A stretch of 64,000 nt of DNA from NCBI GenBank assembly GCA_964568925.1, contig CAZMSJ010000001.1:81907-145906 (forward strand), written 5' to 3'. Positions 42,892-50,335 of this stretch are shown piece after piece; position 1 is the stretch's first letter, and each line of letters starts with the position of its first letter. Under the pieces are notes generated by a model. That model was not told the DNA's origin and searched no databases. It saw nothing but the letters and a program-made list of their open reading frames with translations. The translations under genes were made by a program, and so were the position numbers. Source of the DNA: an uncultured Gammaproteobacteria bacterium. GTDB taxonomy: Bacteria; Patescibacteriota; Microgenomatia; UBA8517.

Positions 42892-43272
42892 TTATTTCTT
42901 TTTATTCTCGTTCTCAGCTTTTTTTAAGAGAGACTCTGGATTTAGTTTATACCAAAAACCCCTAATTAAGCGATAAACTCCATAAAGCATTGCACCCCAG
43001 AATATGTAGTATGTACCACCGTCTGAGGCGAAAAGATAAGTACCTCCTGTAATTGCCATTCCAATCACAAACCAAATCACTCCTTGCTTCATCTCACTAT
43101 CAGCTAATACTTTAGCGTCTTCAATTAGGGAAGTGTGTTGCTCCTTGAAATATCTATCTACTGATCCATGTTCTTTTTCAGTGTTTGATTCCTGTGTACT
43201 TACTTTAGTTCCACAGTGAGTACAAAATTTAGCTTCTGGATTGATTTCGTTGTTACAATTAATGCATCGCAT
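42892..43272 (-). CDS. Zinc-ribbon membrane protein
   Basis: MRCINCNNEINPEAKFCTHCGTKV followed by two TM helices. Confidence 0.6.
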   Translation of the reverse strand: MRCINCNNEINPEAKFCTHCGTKVSTQESNTEKEHGSVDRYFKEQHTSLIEDAKVLADSEMKQGVIWFVIGMAITGGTYLFASDGGTYYIFWGAMLYGVYRLIRGFWYKLNPESLLKKAENENKKK

Positions 43273-43274
43273 AA

Positions 43275-43964
43275 TTATTTTCTATATTTAGCTTCAGATA
43301 CACCTCCCAGGTATCCCCAGATTATCTGTATAAGCAAATTACTTCTCATGTTCTCAATAAGATCGTTAGGTAACTCTTTGACTGTTTCTGCGGATTCAAG
43401 GACATTTTTCAGTTCAAACTCAAAGAAAATACTCATGGCCTGCATTAGCTCCTCTGACATTCCTTTTGTAGATTCTGCATAATTTTTAGTTGCTATCTTA
43501 GTCCATTCCTTAACTAGTTTCTCCAAATCGATACTTTTAGGTTTATTTAATACTTCATCATTTGAAAATGCCTCAGCCATCCAGAACCAATAACCACCAT
43601 AGGTGCACCAGCTAAAGACATTTTTGAGAGCTTCAATAACTTTATATGGTTGTTTATTAAGTAAGTCCTTATTTTCTTTAATAAAATCCTCAAATCTATT
43701 AGTGGAGATTCGCTGCATTAGCTCCCAAACTTCATTGGAGGAGAGGTCAGAATACTTTTTTCGTTCTTCTCCTGAAGAGTCATAAATTTCAGCAAATTTA
43801 TCCCAAAGTTTGGTATGGACTTTAGGAGAGGAAGTACTTTGATCTGAAGAATTTGTTTGACTGGAAGTGCCTTGGTTATGTTCGACTTTCTCCAATTTTG
43901 CACCACAGAATTTACAAAACTTATGATCTGGATCAATCTGTTTGCCACAATTATTACAATACAT
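43275..43964 (-). CDS. Zinc-ribbon domain protein
   Basis: MYCNNCGKQIDPDHKFCKFCGAKL, followed by a low-complexity linker and a ~170-aa helical domain. Confidence 0.6.
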   Translation of the reverse strand: MYCNNCGKQIDPDHKFCKFCGAKLEKVEHNQGTSSQTNSSDQSTSSPKVHTKLWDKFAEIYDSSGEERKKYSDLSSNEVWELMQRISTNRFEDFIKENKDLLNKQPYKVIEALKNVFSWCTYGGYWFWMAEAFSNDEVLNKPKSIDLEKLVKEWTKIATKNYAESTKGMSEELMQAMSIFFEFELKNVLESAETVKELPNDLIENMRSNLLIQIIWGYLGGVSEAKYRK

Positions 43965-44044
43965 ATAATAGTAATTTTTATATTTACCCTAATTATAGCC
44001 TCAAAGACGCCTAGCAAGCAAAACTAAGCGTCTTTGTTGCCAAG

Positions 44045-44605
44045 TTATCTTCCTAAATCTATTTCTTGTGCTTTACCAAAAAGTCCACCTTTGACTAAAA
44101 GTTTTAGTCCAGCGGCGTCTTTTGGTATATCAAACACAATATCTCCTGTAACTGAAAGGCCTGGTTGTACTTGCTGCAAGAATAAATCGACCTTACCTTG
44201 AGAAAGTCCTTTTGCAGTTTGTCCTTCAATAGATCTATCAAATTTCCTTCCCTGGCTGTCAGTTAAGATGATCATTGAGCTATCAACTGTTTTTGTTTCT
44301 TTGCCCTTATTTTCAATTTTTAATGTAACTACAAGAAACATTCCTTGAGCGTCTTTTTGGGTGTACTGATTCCCAAGAGAGGACGCTGTTGTTACATCAG
44401 TAGCGGTAAAAGCTAAGTCACCATCTTGAGCAGGTTCTCCAACTTTTGCAATTGCTTTTGTTTGAGAGCCAGTGTTCTGAGAATTTGATGTCTGTTGATT
44501 GTTGGAAGAGTCCGAATTGGTTTTTGAACCTCCAGCAGAGCCAATAAGCCCTAAGACTACTAAAACTACAAAACCTATCCCGACTATTTTTAATGCTTTC
44601 TTCAT
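44045..44605 (-). CDS. DUF4352-like exported protein
   Basis: Signal/TM segment and a Ser/Asn-rich linker. The beta-sandwich region (FLVVTLKIENKGKETKTVDSSMIILTDSQGRKFD) is typical of DUF4352. An AGGAGG RBS is present. Confidence 0.65.
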   Translation of the reverse strand: MKKALKIVGIGFVVLVVLGLIGSAGGSKTNSDSSNNQQTSNSQNTGSQTKAIAKVGEPAQDGDLAFTATDVTTASSLGNQYTQKDAQGMFLVVTLKIENKGKETKTVDSSMIILTDSQGRKFDRSIEGQTAKGLSQGKVDLFLQQVQPGLSVTGDIVFDIPKDAAGLKLLVKGGLFGKAQEIDLGR

Positions 44606-44649
44606 ATAATTTCACCTCCTTTGTGACTGACGCTAATGCTAACTGTAGT

Positions 44650-44688
44650 TTAGCAAAACCGTAAGTGTAATGCGAGCCTGTTTGCTAA
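44650..44688. promoter_or_regulatory. Inverted repeat (candidate operator) in the divergent region between the DUF4352 gene and the XRE gene
   Basis: TTAGCAAA (44650-44657) and TTTGCTAA (44681-44688) are perfect 8-bp arms. GATAAT at 44723-44728 lies 6 nt before the XRE ATG. Confidence 0.4.
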
Positions 44689-44734
44689 GTGTAGCTTAGT
44701 AGAGTACCTAGCCTAAGCCTTTGATAATTGGGAC

Positions 44735-44950
44735 ATGAGAAAGAATGCAAAACTTCCTCGGGTCTTAGGAAGCAGGGTGAGACGAGCTCGGAAAGAAGCA
44801 GACCTTACACAAGAGGATCTGGCCTACAAAGTAGGTGTAAGTAGAGCCTACATGGGGTTTATTGAACAAGGGAGAAATGTTCCCTCTCTTGAGGTGCTCG
44901 AAAAGATAGCACGAGTATTAAAGGTTAGACTTTCTGATTTCGTCAGATAA
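44735..44950 (+). CDS. XRE-family helix-turn-helix transcriptional regulator
   Basis: RVRRARKEADLTQEDLAYKVGVSRAYMGFIEQGRNVPSLEVLEKIARVL is a canonical HTH_3 pattern. Confidence 0.85.
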   Translation: MRKNAKLPRVLGSRVRRARKEADLTQEDLAYKVGVSRAYMGFIEQGRNVPSLEVLEKIARVLKVRLSDFVR

Positions 44951-45077
44951 ACGAGTATTTATCAGAACTTTTTAGCCTCGAATTGAGAGTTCGGATAATA
45001 TCCCATATGGGGAGCAAGATATTTCACTTTGAATTTTTTACTCCAGTCAGCCATTTTGGCTATGTTATGATTTACCA

Positions 45078-45542
45078 ATGAAGAATTTTGAGCTAGATGT
45101 CACTCTAAAGACAAAAAAAATACATATTGTTAATAAAAGAATTTCTTCAGAAGAGTACATCGATTTTTTAAAACGTACAGACCTTGGAAGTCAGTATCCT
45201 AAGGAAGACTTTGTAAACAGGATATCAACACTTGTAGATAGCGTTCCAATAAGCCTTATTGCATATGATCAGGAAAAGATAATAGGTGTATGTTTTGGAC
45301 TAACAGACTTCGCATATTGGCTCTTCTTGTCAGACTTAGGAGTTGATCGTGATTACATTCGATTGGGTATCGGTAGAACCCTGATTGAACAAGCACACAT
45401 CTTGGCCGGGGGAGTTGATAATATAATTATGTTTACGATGGCAAATGAAAACGCTGTCGAATTCTATAAAAAATGTGGATGGAAACCTTCTGAATTTATG
45501 AAATACAGCAAGATTCTATGGACAGACCACACTGTCTCTTAA
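45078..45542 (+). CDS. GNAT-family N-acetyltransferase
   Basis: Acetyl-CoA-binding motif A-like RLGIGRTLIEQA. Size and beta-alpha pattern are typical. Confidence 0.65.
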   Translation: MKNFELDVTLKTKKIHIVNKRISSEEYIDFLKRTDLGSQYPKEDFVNRISTLVDSVPISLIAYDQEKIIGVCFGLTDFAYWLFLSDLGVDRDYIRLGIGRTLIEQAHILAGGVDNIIMFTMANENAVEFYKKCGWKPSEFMKYSKILWTDHTVS

Positions 45543-45677
45543 TGGAGGAGGGTCAAACATGAGAAATCTTTCTCCAATGTTGTGCATGAGAATCTTATAA
45601 TATTGACTATCGCTTCGTTTTTTGTTAGACTAGATAACTGTATTTGAACTCCCGGTGATCATTTGGAGGTAATTTTT

Positions 45678-45907
45678 ATGCGTTACTCAGTATCAGGTGG
45701 ACAAAGTTATCAAGATGCCGTTCGTCTTGTTCAAGCCCTTACAGGTGTTAATATCGTTGCCAATATCACTGTTGGGGGATTGATATCGATCCTTCCGAGA
45801 CACAAATTCAACAGATGCACCGGATTGTCGAGAGTGCCGGTATGAAAGCAACAGAGGGAACCACAATTGCTAAGCATCTTGGAGCAATTGAGGGCAAACC
45901 AAAGTAG
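45678..45907 (+). pseudogene. Small gene split by a frame change at a G5 run (frameshift, sequencing error or programmed -1 slip)
   Basis: Frame 0 runs from the ATG at 45678 (GGAGG at 45666-45670) to ...ANITVGG. The -1 frame is open from 45752 and continues IDIDPSETQIQQMHRIVESAGMKATEGTTIAKHLGAIEGKPK to TAG at 45905-45907. The two frames overlap at GGGGG (45774-45778). Confidence 0.45.
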
Positions 45908-45928
45908 TTTTTTCTGGAAGTGAGTTAA

Positions 45929-45961
45929 AAGGTATGAACTTATTATTCATACCTTTTTTTA
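45929..45961 (+). terminator. Rho-independent terminator
   Basis: AAGGTATGAA (45929-45938) / TTCATACCTT (45947-45956), followed by a T-run. Confidence 0.8.
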
Positions 45962-45998
45962 TTGTCTACTAAATTTCAAAACAATATTACTAAATTCA

Positions 45999-46022
45999 CA
46001 CTTACACTTACACTTACACTTT
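45999..46022. repeat. Hexanucleotide tandem repeat, (CACTTA) x3 plus CACTTT
   Basis: Direct reading of 45999-46022. The repeat lies 21 nt upstream of the ATG at 46043. Confidence 0.8.
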
Positions 46023-46042
46023 TAATCTGATATCATAAACCC

Positions 46043-46471
46043 ATGACAACAATACATCCTTGGATTAACTTCAACGGTAATGCAGAAGAAGCATTTACTT
46101 TCTATAAATCAGTATTTGGTGGAGAGTTTAGAAAAATAGTACGTTTCAAAGACATTGCGAGTGCTGAGTTTCAGGTTCCAGAAAAGGAAGAAAATAAGAT
46201 AATGCAGATCTCTTTACCTATTGGGGCAAACACACTTCTTGTTGCAAATGATGTTCCAGAAATCATGGGGCGTGTGAATGAACGGGAAAATAGAAGCAAG
46301 ATTTTAGTAACTGCTGAAAGCAAAGAAGAAGCAGACAGATTATTTACTGGTCTTTCTGCTGGTGGAGAAGTTGAAGGAGCAATGGGGGAAGGCCCATACG
46401 GAACATACATGGGAATGTTTAGAGATAAATATGGAATCGAGTGGATTATTGAGTTTTCTTCAGAGAATTAA
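46043..46471 (+). CDS. VOC-superfamily protein (PhnB-like / 3-demethylubiquinone methyltransferase-domain type)
   Basis: IHPWINFNGNAEEAFTFYKSVFGGEF...DKYGIEWII is a typical PhnB-like signature. Confidence 0.7.
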   Translation: MTTIHPWINFNGNAEEAFTFYKSVFGGEFRKIVRFKDIASAEFQVPEKEENKIMQISLPIGANTLLVANDVPEIMGRVNERENRSKILVTAESKEEADRLFTGLSAGGEVEGAMGEGPYGTYMGMFRDKYGIEWIIEFSSEN

Positions 46472-46552
46472 TTAAGGTTACTAAAAAACATAGATTCATT
46501 GCTCATATTGCCTTTCAGTGAGAACTTATTTGAGAAAGAGTAGAATTACTGA

Positions 46553-46861
46553 GTGAATAGAAAATCTGTTTTAAATGCTTTCTCTGCCTCCGGTTACATT
46601 ATTCTGGTTGTGTCTTTGATGAATTTGATCATGCAGACACAAAAGGATAAGCCAGACACTATTGCAGCCCCCATCACCGTTTTATCAGTGTTAACGCTTT
46701 CAGTGGCTGTTATGGCATATTTGTTTTTTTATCAGCCGATTATGTTTTTTATTGAAGGGAAGAAGAAGCTTGCTGTTAATCACTTCCTCCAAACGGTAGT
46801 TGTCTTTGCTGCTCTCACCGCGTTGTCTGTTATTCTTCTTTTCTCCGGTCTCTTGAAATGA
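46553..46861 (+). CDS. Small membrane protein
   Basis: 102 aa with three TM helices and a GTG start. Confidence 0.45.
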   Translation: MNRKSVLNAFSASGYIILVVSLMNLIMQTQKDKPDTIAAPITVLSVLTLSVAVMAYLFFYQPIMFFIEGKKKLAVNHFLQTVVVFAALTALSVILLFSGLLK

Positions 46862-46941
46862 GAGGTAAGTACCCATAATTTGTAATCTTCGTGTAATCGT
46901 GGTAAAATTCTCTTTGTCGTTCCTTACAAAGGAGGCATTAC

Positions 46942-47148
46942 ATGCTAGGAACTATTTTGCTTATCGCGTACTGTCTGGTACACGGGATGTTTATTTGCTG
47001 GGGAGTGCTTTCCTTCGGTCGAGAAGGCGGATTTGCTCGCCTCAGTCAAGGATATCAGGAGAAAAAACCTTTCTACCTGAAACTGCATCCATTGCTAAGC
47101 CTCTTGGCCTTTCTTTTAGGCCCAATCGGTGTATTCCTTTTTTTGTGA
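46942..47148 (+). CDS. Small membrane protein
   Basis: 68 aa with two TM helices. AAAGGAGG lies 8 nt upstream of the ATG. Confidence 0.5.
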   Translation: MLGTILLIAYCLVHGMFICWGVLSFGREGGFARLSQGYQEKKPFYLKLHPLLSLLAFLLGPIGVFLFL

Positions 47149-47203
47149 TCAACTTTTTTGTTCCTGATTCACAGAAGATGTGGTATCAGTAGTAAATTGA
47201 AAG

Positions 47204-47233
47204 CCGCTGTACACTCTACAGCGGTTATTTTTG
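47204..47233 (+). terminator. Rho-independent terminator
   Basis: CCGCTGTA (47204-47211) / TACAGCGG (47217-47224), followed by TTATTTTTG. Confidence 0.75.
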
Positions 47234-47311
47234 TGCTCAATTTTTGACTAAACCTTACTAGAAATAAGTGGGCTATATACAAGTACTTCATATAAGTGTA
47301 GTATGTGAAGT

Positions 47312-47485
47312 ATGTCAACTAGTACAAAACAAAGAATAACACTCTTTCTAAACCCTTCAATTTCAAAACATGCAAAAGCACAGGCAATTGTAGAAGATAT
47401 GACCCTTACTGCACTTGTAGAAAAAGCGCTTATTTCGTATTTACCAAAAGAAACAGTAATCAAAAAAATTGAAAATACTGATTAA
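47312..47485 (+). CDS. Ribbon-helix-helix (CopG/antitoxin-like) small protein, 57 aa, not in the ORF track
   Basis: My translation is MSTSTKQRITLFLNPSISKHAKAQAIVEDMTLTALVEKALISYLPKETVIKKIENTD. It shows the beta-strand-helix-helix RHH pattern. It replaces the implausible antisense 71-aa ORF at 47248..47463. Confidence 0.55.
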   Translation: MSTSTKQRITLFLNPSISKHAKAQAIVEDMTLTALVEKALISYLPKETVIKKIENTD

Positions 47486-47512
47486 AACATATAGTGGGGG
47501 GGTGAATTGATA

Positions 47513-47764
47513 ATGGAAATTGTATATTGGATAATTTTTGGAGCATTAGCCGGTTGGGTAGCATCTATCTTCATGAAGACTGACGCAAGTCAGGGAACAC
47601 TCTACGATATCATCTTAGGAATTGTTGGTGCCGTTGTGGGAGGTTTTTTCATGAATAATATTGGTAAGCCAGGTATTACTGGGTTTAACCTGTATAGTTT
47701 TTTGGTAGCAGTAATTGGAGCAATCGTTGTTATTTTTGTCGGTCGTTTAGTCCGAAATAGATAA
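47513..47764 (+). CDS. GlsB/YeaQ/YmgE-family (transglycosylase-associated) stress membrane protein
   Basis: IIFGALAGWVASIFM...DIILGIVGAVVGGFF is the family signature. Confidence 0.75.
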   Translation: MEIVYWIIFGALAGWVASIFMKTDASQGTLYDIILGIVGAVVGGFFMNNIGKPGITGFNLYSFLVAVIGAIVVIFVGRLVRNR

Positions 47765-47819
47765 CGAAGTTCGTTTATACAAAGGGTATGTGAAATTATT
47801 GAGAGGATGTGAATTATTA

Positions 47820-48215
47820 ATGGTAAAAATTATAAAAGAAACAGTGAGTACACAAACAGGTCGTGATACTACAAAGGCAATAGAACCTGTCATTCGAAAC
47901 GCAACCGGGTTGCAATCGGTGCAATACGCAATCTACTTTCTTTTTGGACTGATAGATGTATTACTTGTTTTTCGACTCATTTTGAAAATAATGGGTGCAA
48001 GTACTGCAAGTAGTTTTGTCCGATTCATCTATGGTGTTACGTGGAGCTTTATTCTTCCGTTTGAAGGAATCTTTCGTCGAGAGGTAAATCAGGGAATTGA
48101 AACGTCCTCTGTTTTAGAGCCATCCGCAATTGTTGCAGTCGTTGTATATATTCTTCTTGCGTGGGGAATAGTTCAGCTTCTTCAGATTATGTCTGGAAGG
48201 GAGCAAAGTAACTAG
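47820..48215 (+). CDS. YggT-like membrane protein
   Basis: LIDVLLVFRLILKIMGA...FIYGVTWSFILPFEGIFR resembles the YGGT repeat. The ATG at 47820 is preferred. Confidence 0.5.
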   Translation: MVKIIKETVSTQTGRDTTKAIEPVIRNATGLQSVQYAIYFLFGLIDVLLVFRLILKIMGASTASSFVRFIYGVTWSFILPFEGIFRREVNQGIETSSVLEPSAIVAVVVYILLAWGIVQLLQIMSGREQSN

Positions 48216-48243
48216 TTTTACGGTTCTATTGTTTACTAAAAAA

Positions 48244-48732
48244 ATGGATACAATATTTAAAGAAAATAAGGTATCTTTTGAAAGTCTAGCTTTCGAAAAA
48301 CAAAATAGACAAGACAAGAGTGTGGTTGAGGGTTTAGTAAGAAAATCCAACCGCATCTTGGTCTCTGTATCTTCACACAAATTCCCCTTTGATTTCTTTC
48401 CTGACACAATTAATGTGGAGGATGGAAGGTTAACCGTAATTACTCGTGACTTCTTTTTCTCTTCCCGTGTTCATAGTGTTGACATAAAAGACATATCAAA
48501 TATCTTCATAAATACGAAGATGTTTTTTGCACAACTCGTTGTTGTTTCAAAAACCTTCAAAAACAACGAAATTAAAATTGAACATTTGAAAAAAAGTGAA
48601 GCAGTATATGTACGGAGACTTATCGAAGGACTACGCAGTTTTAGTAGCAAGAATATCGATACTTCTACATATTCCGAGCAGGAGCTTATTCATAAACTTG
48701 AACAACTAAGTACTACTGATATTGTCGTTTAA
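48244..48732 (+). CDS. Hypothetical protein (possible bacterial PH-like domain)
   Basis: 162-aa ORF starting at the ATG at 48244. No firm motif. Confidence 0.5.
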   Translation: MDTIFKENKVSFESLAFEKQNRQDKSVVEGLVRKSNRILVSVSSHKFPFDFFPDTINVEDGRLTVITRDFFFSSRVHSVDIKDISNIFINTKMFFAQLVVVSKTFKNNEIKIEHLKKSEAVYVRRLIEGLRSFSSKNIDTSTYSEQELIHKLEQLSTTDIVV

Positions 48733-48761
48733 TTTTTTAAAAGAATTGGAGGTGTTAATTT

Positions 48762-48902
48762 ATGAATCTATCTACTAACTTAAGTCCGCTCGCATCAATC
48801 CTTTTCGGGGTATTAATTCTTCTGTTTCCAAAATTTCTCAATTATCTCATTGCAGGGTATTTGATCTTTGCTGGTATCGTTGGGCTCGGTCTTATTCGAT
48901 AA
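48762..48902 (+). CDS. DUF3096-like small membrane protein, 46 aa, not in the ORF track
   Basis: My translation is MNLSTNLSPLASILFGVLILLFPKFLNYLIAGYLIFAGIVGLGLIR. GGAGGTG lies 7 nt upstream. The sequence matches the remembered DUF3096 pattern (...LLFP+.LNY..A.YLI..G..GL). Confidence 0.55.
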   Translation: MNLSTNLSPLASILFGVLILLFPKFLNYLIAGYLIFAGIVGLGLIR

Positions 48903-48991
48903 AGTGATTACTGACTGTTTCTCAATCGTATAAAAATTGAGGAACAGAGTTGGTGAAGTCATAGACGGCCCATTTTCTGATAGAATAGGGC

Positions 48992-49552
48992 ATGACTAAA
49001 CAGATACTTTCACTTGCTGACCAAAAAGAACTTCTTGAGACTCTTCATACTCGTTTTGAGAAGAATCCCCATCGTCACCCTGGTGTTGCGTGGACAGCTG
49101 TCTTGGGGCTTTTAGAAGCTTCTCCAGAGAAACTGTGGTCACTGAAACAAATGGAAGAAACCGGTGGAGAGCCAGATGTTGTCGTTGTAGAGAAGAAAAC
49201 TAATCATGTTACGTTTATTGATTGTTCAGCTGAGAGCCCAAAGGGGAGAAGAAGCCTCTGCTATGACAGACAAGCACATGATGATCGAAAGTCATATAAA
49301 CCCAAAGACTCCGCACATGATATGGCCAAGGCAATGGGCGTAACAATGCTTTCTGAAGACCTATATAAAGCACTTCAGACAACAGGGGAATTTGACACAA
49401 AGACATCAAGTTGGATTGAAACACCTGAAGCTATCAGGAAGCTTGGTGGGGCAATCTTTGCTGATCGAAGATATGATCATGTGTTTATCTACCACAATGG
49501 TGCTTCTTCCTATTATGCTTCTCGAGGTTTTAGAGCTTCACTTACAAGTTAA
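48992..49552 (+). CDS. DUF4256-family protein
   Basis: Shows strong resemblance to DUF4256 consensus strings: LWSLKQMEETGGEPDVV, DCSAESPKGRRSLCYD, DTKTSSWIETP and YHNGASSYYASRGFR. Confidence 0.75.
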   Translation: MTKQILSLADQKELLETLHTRFEKNPHRHPGVAWTAVLGLLEASPEKLWSLKQMEETGGEPDVVVVEKKTNHVTFIDCSAESPKGRRSLCYDRQAHDDRKSYKPKDSAHDMAKAMGVTMLSEDLYKALQTTGEFDTKTSSWIETPEAIRKLGGAIFADRRYDHVFIYHNGASSYYASRGFRASLTS

Positions 49553-49657
49553 CCTTCTCAGCACAAAACACCTATAACTTGATTCGCTTCTGATCCTGTA
49601 CTATACTATGCTTCGTTTACCTCTCATTTGGTAATAGGTACATTGAGGAGTTTTGTA

Positions 49658-50062
49658 GTGAAGCGTATTTTACTGTTCATTCTGTTTGCCGTTCTTTTTT
49701 CAGCATGTACTCCTGTTCCGCAACTAGGGGACAAGCCCCAGGGTATTGGAAAAGAAGATGGGTTCGGTCGTGGAATCGTGAGTAACGTTGATCCCTTAAA
49801 CAACGGTCTGTTTGCAGTTTGGATCTTTGGTGACAATATCAATGTGTATTGCACCATGGATAAGTCCATAATTACCAAGATTAAAGACATTTCAAGAGAG
49901 TGGGATGCAACTGTTTATTATACCTATCGTGATTGGAAAGTAGGTGATCCCGAGGTTGAAACACTTGATTCATATTCTCACAAAATCAGCGCGTCTTGTG
50001 GTCAAGGTACTGCACATGGAAGCAAGTTGATGTCGGTTGAGATAATAAAAAAATCAAAGTGA
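49658..50062 (+). CDS. Putative lipoprotein
   Basis: A GTG at 49658 lies 8 nt after GAGGAG. The signal peptide has the lipobox LFSAC. Confidence 0.55.
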   Translation: MKRILLFILFAVLFSACTPVPQLGDKPQGIGKEDGFGRGIVSNVDPLNNGLFAVWIFGDNINVYCTMDKSIITKIKDISREWDATVYYTYRDWKVGDPEVETLDSYSHKISASCGQGTAHGSKLMSVEIIKKSK

Positions 50063-50078
50063 CCGGGAAGGAAATCTC

Positions 50079-50267
50079 ATGATAAGTGCGAGTTTCATGG
50101 CATTGGGAAGTTTTGCCTTTGTATTCGGTATTATGATTAGTGTTTTTGGTACAGCAATTGCGATCCATTCAAATGGATTGGCCGCTGGTGTCGTTCCATT
50201 TATTTTAGGTCTCGGCTTAGCCATTGCTGGTTGGTTCTTCCTCTCCCGAGGAATGAGGATGAACTAG
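50079..50267 (+). CDS. Small membrane protein
   Basis: 62 aa with two TM helices. GGGAAGGAAA lies upstream. Confidence 0.5.
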   Translation: MISASFMALGSFAFVFGIMISVFGTAIAIHSNGLAAGVVPFILGLGLAIAGWFFLSRGMRMN

Positions 50268-50283
50268 CAACTAAGTGATTTAT

Positions 50284-50329
50284 CGCTTGAAGAGTTGTGT
50301 ATTGGTACACTTTCTTCAAGCGATTTTTG
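50284..50329 (+). terminator. Rho-independent terminator (long hairpin)
   Basis: CGCTTGAAGA (50284-50293) / TCTTCAAGCG (50313-50322), with inner GTGTA/TACAC pairing, followed by ATTTTTG. Confidence 0.7.
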
Positions 50330-50335
50330 TTGCTA

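Noticed and set aside
45406-45414. A 9-nt match (CCGGGGGAG) to the tRNA-Asn 3' end (27133-27141), considered as a possible distal att repeat of the integrative element.
   Set aside because: A 9-mer match is expected by chance in a window of this size and it lies inside the GNAT coding frame. Serine recombinases also do not require long direct repeats.
47248-47463. A 71-aa minus-strand ORF.
   Set aside because: The opposite strand encodes a convincing 57-aa ribbon-helix-helix protein (47312..47485). The minus-strand product is hydrophobic, low-complexity sequence without signals.
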